DNA of 64,000 nt from an uncultured Gemmatimonadales bacterium (GTDB lineage Bacteria > Gemmatimonadota > Gemmatimonadetes > Gemmatimonadales > Gemmatimonadaceae), in NCBI GenBank assembly GCA_963793305.1, contig CAWBZV010000002.1:352001-416000 (forward strand), in the 5' to 3' direction. Of the stretch, positions 53,704 through 63,626 are shown in pieces. Both the position numbers and the translations under genes were made by a program. The notes beneath the pieces were generated by a model. It was not told the origin of the DNA. It saw nothing but the letters and a program-made list of their open reading frames with translations, and did not search any database. Every line of letters starts with the position of its first letter. Within the stretch, counting starts at the first letter, position 1.

Positions 53704-54370
53704 GGTAGTCTTTGTACAGCGCCGGCCAATCGGACTTCAAGTGCTCGACCTTCGGGCGATCGTTGATCACGATGTACGGGTAATTCGGGTTGTGCACGTA
53801 GAAATCCTGGTGGTACGCCTCGGCCTGATAGAACGCCGGTAGCTGAACCACCTGCGTCACTATTGGCCGCTTGAAGACCTTCGCCTGGCCGAGCTGCGCA
53901 ATGTATGCGTTGGCAATGCGCTGCTGATCCGGTGTCGTGAAGAAGATCACTCCCCGGTAACTCGGGCCATTATCAGGACCCTGCCGGTTGAGCTCCGTCG
54001 GATCGGTCGCGTCGGAGAAATACACTTTCAAGAGCTGTCCGTACGAGATCTGCGATGGATCGTACGTGATCTCGACCGACTCCGCGTGGCCCGTGGTCTC
54101 GGTGCCAACTTGCTCGTACGTGGCCGTGTTGGCCTGGCCACCCGCGTAACCAGAGACGACCTTCGTCACGCCTTTGACGTGCTCGAATACAGCCTGAACT
54201 CCCCAGAAGCATCCACCCGCGAGAACAGCCTTCGCCTCTCCGGGCTGGCTGGCCAAGGGCTCGTCCACCGCCGGCTCGGGTACCTTCACCGCAGCCGTGC
54301 TGTGCGGGACGCCGCGCAAAGCAGTCAGTGCCGCCAGTGTTATGGCGGTTGCAACGACGTATCTCATCAT
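53675..54370 (-). CDS. msrA: Peptide methionine sulfoxide reductase A, exported
   Basis: AGGCFWG, SGYAGG, TGHAE, AEAYHQ; signal peptide. Confidence 0.95.
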   Translation of the reverse strand: MMRYVVATAITLAALTALRGVPHSTAAVKVPEPAVDEPLASQPGEAKAVLAGGCFWGVQAVFEHVKGVTKVVSGYAGGQANTATYEQVGTETTGHAESVEITYDPSQISYGQLLKVYFSDATDPTELNRQGPDNGPSYRGVIFFTTPDQQRIANAYIAQLGQAKVFKRPIVTQVVQLPAFYQAEAYHQDFYVHNPNYPYIVINDRPKVEHLKSDWPALYKDYPTATATSRQ

Positions 54371-54384
54371 GGTTGAAAGATAAC

Positions 54385-55821
54385 CTATTGAGGCAGGTTG
54401 CAGAGTTCGATCTCACCGACCTCGCCAATGCAACGCGCATGCCTCGCAACTTCTGCTCGCATGGCAGAATCGCGGCCGGCGACGATCACATAGTCATTCT
54501 CGGCGACAATTCGCTGCCAATTGAGCGGGCGGAGCGCGGCGCCGCCGCCGAACCAACCGACCGGTGGCGCATACCGGTGGGCCGTGTCGTCGAAGTATGG
54601 CATAAACCAGTTCGACTCCATGCCGTCGCCGCTGTAGTCGAAGAGGGATGGAACGTTCCCATGGAACCGGATCGTGTACCAGAAGGCGAAATGGCGATAC
54701 GGAACGACCCGTTTGCCGAATCGTGCGCCGTCCCCTATGACCGGAAATACGCTCTTCCCGGGAGGCACCTGGCTCAGCAGCTCGCTGTAATCACTCAAGT
54801 ATCGATCGATGCGCCAGATGGTCGGCGTGAGTACCACGCTCGACAGGATGCTACCCGCCAGAAGCCATTGCACTCCGAGTCTCGCGGGCCCCCGTGATGG
54901 CGCCGCGGCACAAAAGACGAGCAGGTAAGCGGGTATGAGCCACCGCATGTCGACGTACCCGCCGCCGGTGCCGATCTGCGGGAAGATCGCGTACAGCACA
55001 AAGAACGCGGCGGCCGAAAGTCCCAGTGTCGTACGCCAATTTCTCACGGGGTTCGCCCGTGCATACAGCACCATCGCAACGACGTACGTCGCAATCATTG
55101 GCAGTGCCTGCGCCGCTGAGTAGACGTAAAACGGCGCAAAAATATTCTTGGCCTTCCACCAGAATGTGCCGAGGGTGAGCCTGGCGGGTGGTGCAGGTGG
55201 CAGGGGTGGTGCGCCGATAGTCGTCCACAAATACATGGCGCCCACGGTCGCGGTCAGCAGCAGCACGAGCCAGACGCGCCGGTCTCTCGCGACAATGGCA
55301 TCGACCCAGATGACGACCAAGACCATGAGCGCCGAAGCCAGGTGCATCAAGTAGCAGAGGGCAATGCCGGCGATGAGCCCGACGATACGCATCGGGGTAG
55401 GCGTTCGTCGGTGGGGCCACCACGCCGCGAGAAACGCGAACGCTACGCCGACGCCCACGACGTAACTCAGAAATCCGGCGTGGGTGAAGAACCCGAATCC
55501 AAACGGAACCCCAACGATCGCCCACCGTCGCGCCTCGCCGCCCATGGCGTTCAGCAACAAGGCGAAGCCAAGCGGAATCGCGGCGACGGCGAGAGCGGCA
55601 ATGACATGCGCGCCAATCGCCGGCCCAGCCAGGTGAACGATCAGCGCGCCGATAGCGTCGAGCGCGAAATACGGCCCGGGTTGCGCGCGGACGACGATGG
55701 TGGACGGCAGGCCTATCCCATGGGCGAACCAGGCGCGCTCCAGCAGGACATAGCGCGCCAAGTGGTTCGTCGTGTCCTCGAACGGGAAGTATCGCGCGGT
55801 CACCGCGATCGCGACGTTCAC
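54385..55821 (-). CDS. Polytopic membrane protein, possibly GT-C-like
   Basis: Many TM segments; PFEDTTNHLAR first loop; start uncertain. Confidence 0.6.
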   Translation of the reverse strand: MNVAIAVTARYFPFEDTTNHLARYVLLERAWFAHGIGLPSTIVVRAQPGPYFALDAIGALIVHLAGPAIGAHVIAALAVAAIPLGFALLLNAMGGEARRWAIVGVPFGFGFFTHAGFLSYVVGVGVAFAFLAAWWPHRRTPTPMRIVGLIAGIALCYLMHLASALMVLVVIWVDAIVARDRRVWLVLLLTATVGAMYLWTTIGAPPLPPAPPARLTLGTFWWKAKNIFAPFYVYSAAQALPMIATYVVAMVLYARANPVRNWRTTLGLSAAAFFVLYAIFPQIGTGGGYVDMRWLIPAYLLVFCAAAPSRGPARLGVQWLLAGSILSSVVLTPTIWRIDRYLSDYSELLSQVPPGKSVFPVIGDGARFGKRVVPYRHFAFWYTIRFHGNVPSLFDYSGDGMESNWFMPYFDDTAHRYAPPVGWFGGGAALRPLNWQRIVAENDYVIVAGRDSAMRAEVARHARCIGEVGEIELCNLPQ

Positions 55822-55850
55822 CGCGAGCGCGATCCAAAACGCGCCCCGCT

Positions 55851-57180
55851 CTAGCCGGCTCGTGACTCGATCGGGATGACGATGGCTTCGGTATCGCCCC
55901 CAGCGCGCTGCGCTTGGCGTATCTCGGCGAGGCCGAACTGGATATAGCTGAGGACGGCTATCCAGGTGATGAACCCGATGGCGATGAATTTAAGCTCGAG
56001 TGGCAGATCAAACGGCGAATTCCAGAGCATATGTAAGGCCACGCAGAGGGCGAACACGCGAAGAAATGCGGGCTCGCGGAGCATGTCCCACTTGAACTCG
56101 CGCTGACCGCGCACACGCCACAACGCGCCACCGACGAGCGCCGTCCACAGCGCGTGTCCACCGAGAACGCTCAATGCGCCGCGCTCATCAGATGGTCTGG
56201 AACAACGAGGCCATGCCGCTGTTGAGCCCACTGGTGAGGGCGTACCCCAACGTCTCGAACACCGCGAATCCGGTGCCGACCGTGGCGCCAAACAGCATCC
56301 CGTTGAGCGTCCACGGATACCGGCGTTTGCGCACCACGAGCAAAAGGGTCAGGGCTTTTCCCGACTCCTCGACGATCCCCGCGCTCATGGCGCCGAGCCA
56401 GTTGTCGAGCGATGTCCATTCGAAGAAGAGCAGTGACACACACAACGAGACGATCCCACCCAGCAGCAGCAGTTTCAAGATTTGATAGAGCGATACGTTC
56501 CGTGGAACGTTCATCTCGAAAAAGAACACGAGAATGGAACAGGGAATCGCAAACGACCCGACGAGAATCAACCCGGGAATGAGATATGGATTACTGAACC
56601 GATTCCAGGCCCAAGCAAAAAGCGCAAATACCGCCGACGAGAGAATAAGAAATCGAACAAAGGCCCAGGGCTTTGGCCATCCGCCAGCCTGGATCGCCTC
56701 GAGCGGCGGCGTTGTCGTCCGCGTCCCGACGTTGAAGTACTCTTCCTGCTCCTCGTCCGTCCGCTTCTTGAAGACGTCCGAGAACATCTCCCCGGCGCTC
56801 CACCCTTGGAGCTTGTCGACGCCGGCGACCGCCGCGACCTGGGCGCGGACCTTCCCGAAGATCCCGGTCTGCGGAACGTGGGCGGCGTCGACGATCGCCA
56901 CTTCCCACAGCGATCGTCCCACGCGGACCTGCTGGCCGATCGCCAGCGTTGCGGTCCGCACGAGTTGTCCGTCCACGTAGATGGCGGCGCCGGCGACTGC
57001 CTCCACCGTCACACGTTGCCCGTCTCGCGTCAGCACGATATGCCGGTCGGCGACATCGGGGTCGTCCGAGAGGACGTTACATTCGGCCGCTCGGCCGACA
57101 CGGACATACCCGTCGTTGAGTGCGAGGCGCTTGCCCGAGTCCGGGCCGGCCACGCAGCGGAACAGCAGTGGCGATATCAT
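55851..57180 (-). CDS. FHA-like domain + PrsW family intramembrane metalloprotease (frameshift at ~56190)
   Basis: VGR..DRH FHA-like N-terminus; EESGK, FAVFE, GHALW, HMLWN. Confidence 0.85.
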
Positions 57181-57227
57181 TGCGGTTGTAAACCTAGGGA
57201 TCGACCTCACCCGAGACTACACGATGT

Positions 57228-58307
57228 ATGGATCACCCTTTCCGTGTTGGGAGCCCTGAGGCCGATCAAGCGACGCTGCAAGCCTTGCAGCGCGCCGGTA
57301 CGGATCTGACGAAGGAAACGGAAGTCATTTTCTATCTGTACTTTCCGACCAGCGAGCTCGCCGCGCGCGCCGCCGAGTCGATTCGGAACCCAACGTTTGT
57401 CCCAGAGATCAAGGACAAGCTGTGTCAGGTCAACGCTCGCATCGTGCCGAGCCTGAACACGATCCGCGATGCGTCCGTCCGTTTCCATGCGGTCGCGGCC
57501 ACGTTACACGGCACGTACGACGGCTGGGTCGCGCAGGGCCAACCCCTCAAGCCGATCGCGCCCCCCCGGGTCAACGCATTGATCAAACAATGGGTTGCGT
57601 TCCGGATGTATTTCATAGGACCGGGGCGCCTCTACCACACCCACCGGGTCGCACCCGTCGAAAGCCGCGCCCTGCTCACCGCCGACGATGAACAGGCGAT
57701 GCCGGCCGCGATTCGCACGTACATGAACGAGACCGAGCGGGCACTCGGCGCCCTCGGCTTCACGACCGTGGCCCGGACGATCGCCCGCCGACCAACGGCT
57801 GGCGGCATCACGTCATACGCGACGTTGCTCGAGCACCCCGAGCGCCACACGATGGCGACAATTGTCGCGACGCAGGCGCAGCGCGGGCGGGCGGCGGCGA
57901 GCCTGGGGTTGAAGACCACACTCACGGATGGCCGCGTGATCCAGACCTCGAATTCGAGTACCCCACGACGGTTCCCACGTCGGCCCAAGTACGATACGGT
58001 CTACTTTCCCGATGTCACCGAAGCGGTCGCGCTCGATCGACTCCATCGGTTTCGCGTCGGCAATGCGCCAGTTGCCACGATCACCGCCGCTGGCGACGCG
58101 CTCGCGTATTTCGCCGCCGACGAAACCGAGTCTCGCGACGCGTGGCTCCGCGCCGGATACTATCGCCGCATGAATGACGGCGTGCTCCGCCCGACGCGCC
58201 GTGGCGCGCTCTGCATGGTGTGGCGCACCAAATTTCCGTGGGCGCAGCTCACGCGGTGGCGCGACGAGCGCCAACGCGCGGCCGTTTACTCCAAGCTCGG
58301 CTCGTAA
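57228..58307 (+). CDS. RraB-like N-terminal domain fused to an unknown domain
   Basis: DQATLQAL..GTDL..FYLYF..GTYDGW. Confidence 0.62.
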   Translation: MDHPFRVGSPEADQATLQALQRAGTDLTKETEVIFYLYFPTSELAARAAESIRNPTFVPEIKDKLCQVNARIVPSLNTIRDASVRFHAVAATLHGTYDGWVAQGQPLKPIAPPRVNALIKQWVAFRMYFIGPGRLYHTHRVAPVESRALLTADDEQAMPAAIRTYMNETERALGALGFTTVARTIARRPTAGGITSYATLLEHPERHTMATIVATQAQRGRAAASLGLKTTLTDGRVIQTSNSSTPRRFPRRPKYDTVYFPDVTEAVALDRLHRFRVGNAPVATITAAGDALAYFAADETESRDAWLRAGYYRRMNDGVLRPTRRGALCMVWRTKFPWAQLTRWRDERQRAAVYSKLGS

Positions 58308-58786
58308 TCCTGCACGACGGGCGGATGCAACCGCTCGTTGCGATCCAAAATCCGCGCGCAGGTATTCCAGCGCAGGATCGCCCCGTCATCCCCTGCCGGC
58401 CGGTTTTTCTCGGCCCGTTCGTAGTGCTCCATCGCTTCGCGCAGCCACTCCAATGAGATCTCGTGGCATCGCGGCCCACCACGCTTGAGTTGCGCCTTGG
58501 CCCGACGTTCGCAGATGATGCCGGAATAGTACTGGCGCCGGTACTCGTCGGTGATCTTCGGCAACACCTCGCGGGCGCGCATCACGCCCTCAGCGAGACC
58601 GTCGTCCATCTGATCCGTGATCGCGAGCAGCAGGGTCGACACCGCTTGCTGATTCGACGGATCGACCGCCAACACATCGAGACAAATACTCTCGGCGCCC
58701 GAGGGGTCTCCAATCAAGCGATACCGCTCGGCCTTGACGAGCGCCGCCGGCACCGCATCGATGGTGATCGGTTTGAGCTTATGCAC
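58286..58786 (-). CDS. Hypothetical helical (TPR-like) protein, last gene of the sdh operon
   Basis: Overlaps the sdhB stop; KAERYRL..AESICLDVL..ILRWNTCAR. Confidence 0.7.
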   Translation of the reverse strand: MHKLKPITIDAVPAALVKAERYRLIGDPSGAESICLDVLAVDPSNQQAVSTLLLAITDQMDDGLAEGVMRAREVLPKITDEYRRQYYSGIICERRAKAQLKRGGPRCHEISLEWLREAMEHYERAEKNRPAGDDGAILRWNTCARILDRNERLHPPVVQDYEPSLE

Positions 58787-59531
58787 GCGTTCGACGCGAG
58801 AAGATCTTCACGAGCCGCCCCAGAGGATCGTAGAACGCATCGACGACGCGCTCCTTCAACGGAATAATAGCATTGTCGGTGATCGTGATACCCTCGGGGC
58901 AGACCGCGGTGCAACACTTCGTGATGTTACAGTAACCGATGCCGAATTCGCGCTTGAGATCGGGGACGCGATCCGCGACATCCAACGGATGCATCTCCAA
59001 TGCCGCGGTGTGCACAAAGAATCGCGGTCCAATGAACTCCTTCTCCTCATGGTGCTCGCGAATCACGTGGCAGACATTCTGGCAGAGGTAACATTCGATA
59101 CACTTCCGGAACTCTTGCACCCGTTCGACATTGGACTGCTGCATGCGCCAGGTCCCGTCCGGGGCATTGGGCGGGCGCGGCGTAAACTCTTTGATCCGCT
59201 TCTTGACCTCGAAATTCCACGAGACGTCAGTCACGAGGTCCTTGATGCGCGGAAATGCGCGCATCGGCTCGACCGTGACCGGCGTGGTCAGATCGAGATC
59301 ACTCAATCGCGTCATGCACAACAGCCGCGGCTTGCCGTTCACCTCGGCCGAGCAGGAGCCGCATTTGCCGGCTTTGCAGTTCCAGCGCACCGCCAGATCA
59401 TTCGCCTGGTCTGCCTGGATCTGGTGGATCGCGTCGAGCACCACCATGCCAGGCGAAACCTCGGTCGTGTACGACTGAAACGCTCCGCCCTGGGCGTCGC
59501 CACGCCACACTTTGAACGTCGCCTCGCTCAT
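58779..59531 (-). CDS. sdhB: Succinate dehydrogenase/fumarate reductase Fe-S subunit
   Basis: CKAGKCGSC, CIECYLCQNVC, CNITKCCTAVCP. Confidence 0.95.
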   Translation of the reverse strand: MSEATFKVWRGDAQGGAFQSYTTEVSPGMVVLDAIHQIQADQANDLAVRWNCKAGKCGSCSAEVNGKPRLLCMTRLSDLDLTTPVTVEPMRAFPRIKDLVTDVSWNFEVKKRIKEFTPRPPNAPDGTWRMQQSNVERVQEFRKCIECYLCQNVCHVIREHHEEKEFIGPRFFVHTAALEMHPLDVADRVPDLKREFGIGYCNITKCCTAVCPEGITITDNAIIPLKERVVDAFYDPLGRLVKIFSRRTRA

Positions 59532-61339
59532 CCCATTTCCTTGATAACCGCGGCCAGCTCCGCTGGCATCGGCGGGATTGGCACCCGGCTCAACACCATG
59601 CTCCCATCTGGTCCGGCCCGTATGACGAGATTGACCTTGCCAAATTCGGGATCTTTGTTCGGGTAGTCGTCGCGAAAATGCCCGCCACGACTCTCTTTTC
59701 GTTCGATAGCAGTCAATGCGATCGCTCGAGAAATCGTCAGCAGGTTGCCCAGGTCGAGCGCGGTGTGCCAACCGGGATTGTACTCGCGATTCCCGGTCAC
59801 CGTGACATTCTGGGCTCTCTTGGTCAGCAAATCGATCTCAGCGAGCGCTCTCAGCATCTCGGGCTCGCGTCGCACGATGCCGACATTCTCTTGCATGACG
59901 TTCTGCAACGCCTGCTGAATCTGATAAGGCCCTTCGCCGTCCTTTCTCTCAAACGGCTCCAACGCCCGTCGCTCCGCCCGGGTCGCCTGTGCTACGTCCA
60001 CGCGGATATCGTTATTCGCGCGAGCGAAGCGAGCGGCGTATTCCCCGGCGCGCTTGCCGAACACGAGGAGATCCGATAGAGAATTGCCACCGAGCCGGTT
60101 GGCGCCATGGAGCCCGGCCGCACACTCCCCGGCGGCGAACAACCCGGGCACGTTCGTCATCTGCGTGTCTCCGTCGACGCGAATGCCGCCCATGACATAA
60201 TGCGTCGTCGGCCCAACTTCCATCGGCTCCTTGGTAATATCGATATCAGCCAGCGTCTTGAACTGGTGATACATGCTGGGGAGCTTCTTCTTGATGTGCT
60301 CGGCGGCATGGGGAATGCGATCCTTGATCCACGCAATATCGAGGAACACGCCACCATGTGGGCTCCCACGGCCCTCACGAACTTCGCGAACGATCGCCCG
60401 TGCCACGTGATCTCGCGTGAGCAGCTCAGGCGGACGGCGCGCTGACTTGTCGCCCTGGGTATAGCGCCATCCCTCTTCAGGATCAGTCGCGGTCTGCGCC
60501 CGATAATTCTCGGGAATGTCGTCAAACATGAATCGCCGACCTTGCGAGTTGGTCAGCACCCCACCTTCCCCCCGGACGCCCTCAGTCACGAGGATGCCGC
60601 GCACGCTCGGCGGCCATACCATCCCAGTCGGATGGAACTGCACGAACTCCATGTCCTGCAGCGCCGCACCGGCGTCATAGGCCAGCGCCTGTCCGTCGCC
60701 GGTGTACTCCCAACTATTGGATGTGATCTTGAATGCCCGCCCGATGCCGCCGGTGGCCAACACTACCGCGCGACTGTGGAAGAGCTTGAACCGCCCGCGC
60801 TCGCGATCGTATGCCAGCGCTCCAGCGACGCGGTCCCCATCCTTGAGCAACGTCAGGACGGTGTACTCCATGTGCACGTCGATGCCCTGATGGATGCCGT
60901 GATCCTGCAATGTGCGGATCATCTCGAGGCCGGTGCGGTCACCGACGTGCGCGAGGCGCGGGTATTTGTGGCCGCCGAAGTTGCGCTGCAGGATCCGGCC
61001 GTCCGGCGTGCGGTCGAACAGCGCTCCCCACGCCTCCAGCTCGCGCACGCGATCCGGCGCCTCCTTCGCGTGCAGCTCGGCCATGCGCCAGTTGTTGAGA
61101 TATTGCCCACCGCGCATGGTGTCGGAGAAGTGCACGCGCCAGTTATCGCGGTCATCGACGTTCGCCATCGCGGCGGCGACGCCGCCCTCGGCCATCACCG
61201 TGTGGGCTTTGCCGAGCAGGGACTTGCACACGAGCGCAACCGACACGCCCTCGGCCGCGGCCGCGATGGCCGCGCGCAATCCGGCGCCACCAGCGCCGAT
61301 CACCAGCACGTCGTGCGTCAACGTTTCGTAGTCGGCCAT
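59528..61339 (-). CDS. sdhA: Succinate dehydrogenase/fumarate reductase flavoprotein
   Basis: GAGGAG, AHTVMAEGG, QFHPT, HYVMGG, HGANRLGGNSL, RKESRGGH. Confidence 0.96.
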   Translation of the reverse strand: MADYETLTHDVLVIGAGGAGLRAAIAAAAEGVSVALVCKSLLGKAHTVMAEGGVAAAMANVDDRDNWRVHFSDTMRGGQYLNNWRMAELHAKEAPDRVRELEAWGALFDRTPDGRILQRNFGGHKYPRLAHVGDRTGLEMIRTLQDHGIHQGIDVHMEYTVLTLLKDGDRVAGALAYDRERGRFKLFHSRAVVLATGGIGRAFKITSNSWEYTGDGQALAYDAGAALQDMEFVQFHPTGMVWPPSVRGILVTEGVRGEGGVLTNSQGRRFMFDDIPENYRAQTATDPEEGWRYTQGDKSARRPPELLTRDHVARAIVREVREGRGSPHGGVFLDIAWIKDRIPHAAEHIKKKLPSMYHQFKTLADIDITKEPMEVGPTTHYVMGGIRVDGDTQMTNVPGLFAAGECAAGLHGANRLGGNSLSDLLVFGKRAGEYAARFARANNDIRVDVAQATRAERRALEPFERKDGEGPYQIQQALQNVMQENVGIVRREPEMLRALAEIDLLTKRAQNVTVTGNREYNPGWHTALDLGNLLTISRAIALTAIERKESRGGHFRDDYPNKDPEFGKVNLVIRAGPDGSMVLSRVPIPPMPAELAAVIKEMG

Positions 61340-61341
61340 GC

Positions 61342-62097
61342 CTACACGATCCGCCAATCGTGCCAAACGCCCATCGAGCACAGTCGGACGTAGATATCGG
61401 CGAAAGCGACGAAGAAGAGGCTCATCCACGCCCACTTCATGTGCCAGCGATTGAAGCAACTCACGCACGCATACGCGGATCGCTGCACCGGATGCCCGGC
61501 GAGCCTATCCCGATACCCTCCGACGATATGCCGCAGCGAATGGCAGCCGAGCGCATAGCACGACAGCAGGGTCGTATTGACGGCCAGCACGATCGTTCCG
61601 ACGCCGATCCCGAACACGACGCGCCCCGTGGCCGGATCCGCAAACCAGAGTGCGTCCCAGACATCGTGCGCGAGAATCACTAAGAAGATCAGCGCGATGT
61701 ACATGAAGTACCGGTGAATGTTCTGCATGATCAGCGGGAACTTCTGCTCGCCGAGGTAGGTCTTCCGCGGCTCGTGGACCGTGCACGCCGGCGGGTCCGC
61801 CCACAGTGCCTTGTAGTAGGCGCCCCGATAGTAGTAGCAGGTCACCCGGAACAGTCCCGGGAACGGCAGTATCAGCAGGGCGGGCGAAAACGGGAGCCAC
61901 GCTGGCCAGATGCCAGGTTTCCCGAATTCCGGAGAATACAGTGGTGACAGATACGGCCCGAAGCGATAGTGGGCATTCTGGAACGCGGCCCAGGTCGTGT
62001 AGGCGATAAACGCTATGAAGACGATCGCCGTGACCGCCGGCTGCACCCACCACGCGTCGCGTCGCATGGTGAGGACGGGGAGCTCTGCATGCGCCAT
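61342..62097 (-). CDS. Succinate dehydrogenase membrane anchor, mycobacterial Sdh1 (Rv0249c)-like
   Basis: YLSPLYSP, FRVTCYYYR, QNIHRY, GCHSLRH; first gene of the sdh operon. Confidence 0.82.
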   Translation of the reverse strand: MAHAELPVLTMRRDAWWVQPAVTAIVFIAFIAYTTWAAFQNAHYRFGPYLSPLYSPEFGKPGIWPAWLPFSPALLILPFPGLFRVTCYYYRGAYYKALWADPPACTVHEPRKTYLGEQKFPLIMQNIHRYFMYIALIFLVILAHDVWDALWFADPATGRVVFGIGVGTIVLAVNTTLLSCYALGCHSLRHIVGGYRDRLAGHPVQRSAYACVSCFNRWHMKWAWMSLFFVAFADIYVRLCSMGVWHDWRIV

Positions 62098-62114
62098 GGC
62101 GAGGAAGCTCCCAT

Positions 62115-62133
62115 TTGATACGCGAATTATCAA
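62115..62133. promoter_or_regulatory. Palindromic operator candidate upstream of the sdh operon
   Basis: TTGATA-N7-TATCAA, 17 nt upstream of the start codon. Confidence 0.5.
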
Positions 62134-62193
62134 CCCGAACCGCAGGGTCGGCTCGACACGCAACCGCTGGCGCCGCAGGCGCCTTCCGCAGAG

Positions 62194-62928
62194 TCAATGT
62201 CCGTGGAGGACGGTCACGCCTCTTTGCTCAAGAGTTTTGACCCAACCGGGCATGTGGCCGATTTTATTCCATTGCACATTGAGCCGCTGCAGGTTCGGGA
62301 GCTCGGCGAGCAGTGCCGGCAGGGTCACGAAGCGGTTTGCCCTCAGATCGAGATGCCGCAATTGGTGAAGCGCCCCAAGCGTCGCCGGTAGGTCTGTGAG
62401 CGCGTTTCCTCGGAGAAGCAAGTCACGCAGCCCGGTCATCCGGCTCACTGCTTCCGGCAGAGCCGAGAAGCGATTGCCGCCGATGTTCAGGTATTTGAGC
62501 CGCTGCAACTCGGCGAGGGATGCCGGGACCTCCGAGAGCTGATTGTGCTGCAAATAGAGATAGTCGGTGAGGCCAGCGAGACGCCCGATTGCATTGGGGA
62601 CCGTCCCGAGCGCATTGTGCCCCAGATCGAGCATCCGGAGCTTGCCGAGCCGACTGACCCCCGAGGACAGGCGGGACAGATGGTTGTCAGACAGATTGAG
62701 GCTCTCGAGCTGGACCAGCTCCCAGATCGATTCCGGAACCGTTTCCAACTCGTTAAGCCCAAAACTGAGGTGCCGAAGGCTGGTCAATTGCCCGATCCAC
62801 TCCGGCACCTGTACGATCCGATTCGCTCTCAGGGACAGCCGCTCCAACCGCGGGAGATCTCGGAGCGAGTCAGGGACCGTGGTGAGCTCCTGTCCCTCGA
62901 GATCGACGTTTGTCGCGAATTCATTCAT
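62194..62928 (-). CDS. Leucine-rich repeat protein
   Basis: Repeated LxxLxLxxNxLxxVPxxI units over the whole length. Confidence 0.92.
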   Translation of the reverse strand: MNEFATNVDLEGQELTTVPDSLRDLPRLERLSLRANRIVQVPEWIGQLTSLRHLSFGLNELETVPESIWELVQLESLNLSDNHLSRLSSGVSRLGKLRMLDLGHNALGTVPNAIGRLAGLTDYLYLQHNQLSEVPASLAELQRLKYLNIGGNRFSALPEAVSRMTGLRDLLLRGNALTDLPATLGALHQLRHLDLRANRFVTLPALLAELPNLQRLNVQWNKIGHMPGWVKTLEQRGVTVLHGH

Positions 62929-62930
62929 TT

Positions 62931-62989
62931 TTGCGTTTGCATTTCAGAGTGCCATAATATGTGTTCCCTTGAAATTCCATTCGCGGAGG
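62931..62989 (+). promoter_or_regulatory. Putative sigma70 promoter and RBS for the 62994 gene
   Basis: TTGCGT-N16-CATAAT with TG extension; GGAGG at 62985-62989. Confidence 0.45.
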
Positions 62990-62993
62990 CATC

Positions 62994-63626
62994 ATGCAGA
63001 CCGACCGTCGCGAGTTTCTCGAACGGCTTACCGTGGGCGCCGCAGCGCTCGCGCTCCCATTCTCGTTTGGGGAGACCGTACACGGCCCTTGGAGTGAGGC
63101 GTGGCTCGACAAGATCACCGGGAAGCACAAACAGTTCTTCGACGCGGTAGAGCCGAACTCCGGATTCGCGCTCGTGTTCGCCTGGGGTTTCTTGAACTTG
63201 AACAAGGAAACCTACGGACTGACCGACAAGGACCTGACCGCCGTGGTCGGCCTTCGGCACTTCGCGATGCCGTTCGCGCTGTCGGACGCGATGTGGGCGA
63301 AATACAAGATCGGCGAATCCTTCAAGATCGATGACCCGGCGACGAAAGCACCGGCGGTGCGCAATCCGGTCCTGCACGCGGACGGCGTGCCGTTCCCCGG
63401 CGCCGAGCTGCCGACCCTCGTGAGCCGCGGCGTGATCTTCACGGCGTGCAACGTGGCGACGGCGAAGATCAGCGAGAAGCTCTCCGGCAATGCCGGCGTG
63501 ACGCCCGACGCGGCGTACAAGGAATGGGTCGCGGCGCTGCAACCCGGCGTCACGCTGGTGCCGATCGGCGTGCTCGCCGTCAATCGCGCGCAAGAGAAGG
63601 GCTGTACATACTGTTATGGTGGCTAA
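62994..63626 (+). CDS. Tat-exported DsrE-like protein
   Basis: DRREFL twin-arginine signal; RGVIFTACNVA and PGVTLVPIGVLAVNRAQEKG resemble the DsrE core. Confidence 0.65.
   Translation: MQTDRREFLERLTVGAAALALPFSFGETVHGPWSEAWLDKITGKHKQFFDAVEPNSGFALVFAWGFLNLNKETYGLTDKDLTAVVGLRHFAMPFALSDAMWAKYKIGESFKIDDPATKAPAVRNPVLHADGVPFPGAELPTLVSRGVIFTACNVATAKISEKLSGNAGVTPDAAYKEWVAALQPGVTLVPIGVLAVNRAQEKGCTYCYGG

Noticed and set aside
4560..57180. Pseudogene or programmed-frameshift calls for the split genes
   Set aside because: Each has a single +1 base, no slippery heptamer and no other decay, so sequencing error is more parsimonious
62194..62928. LRR protein as part of an NLR-like defence system
   Set aside because: LRR only; no NTPase, TIR or effector gene adjacent
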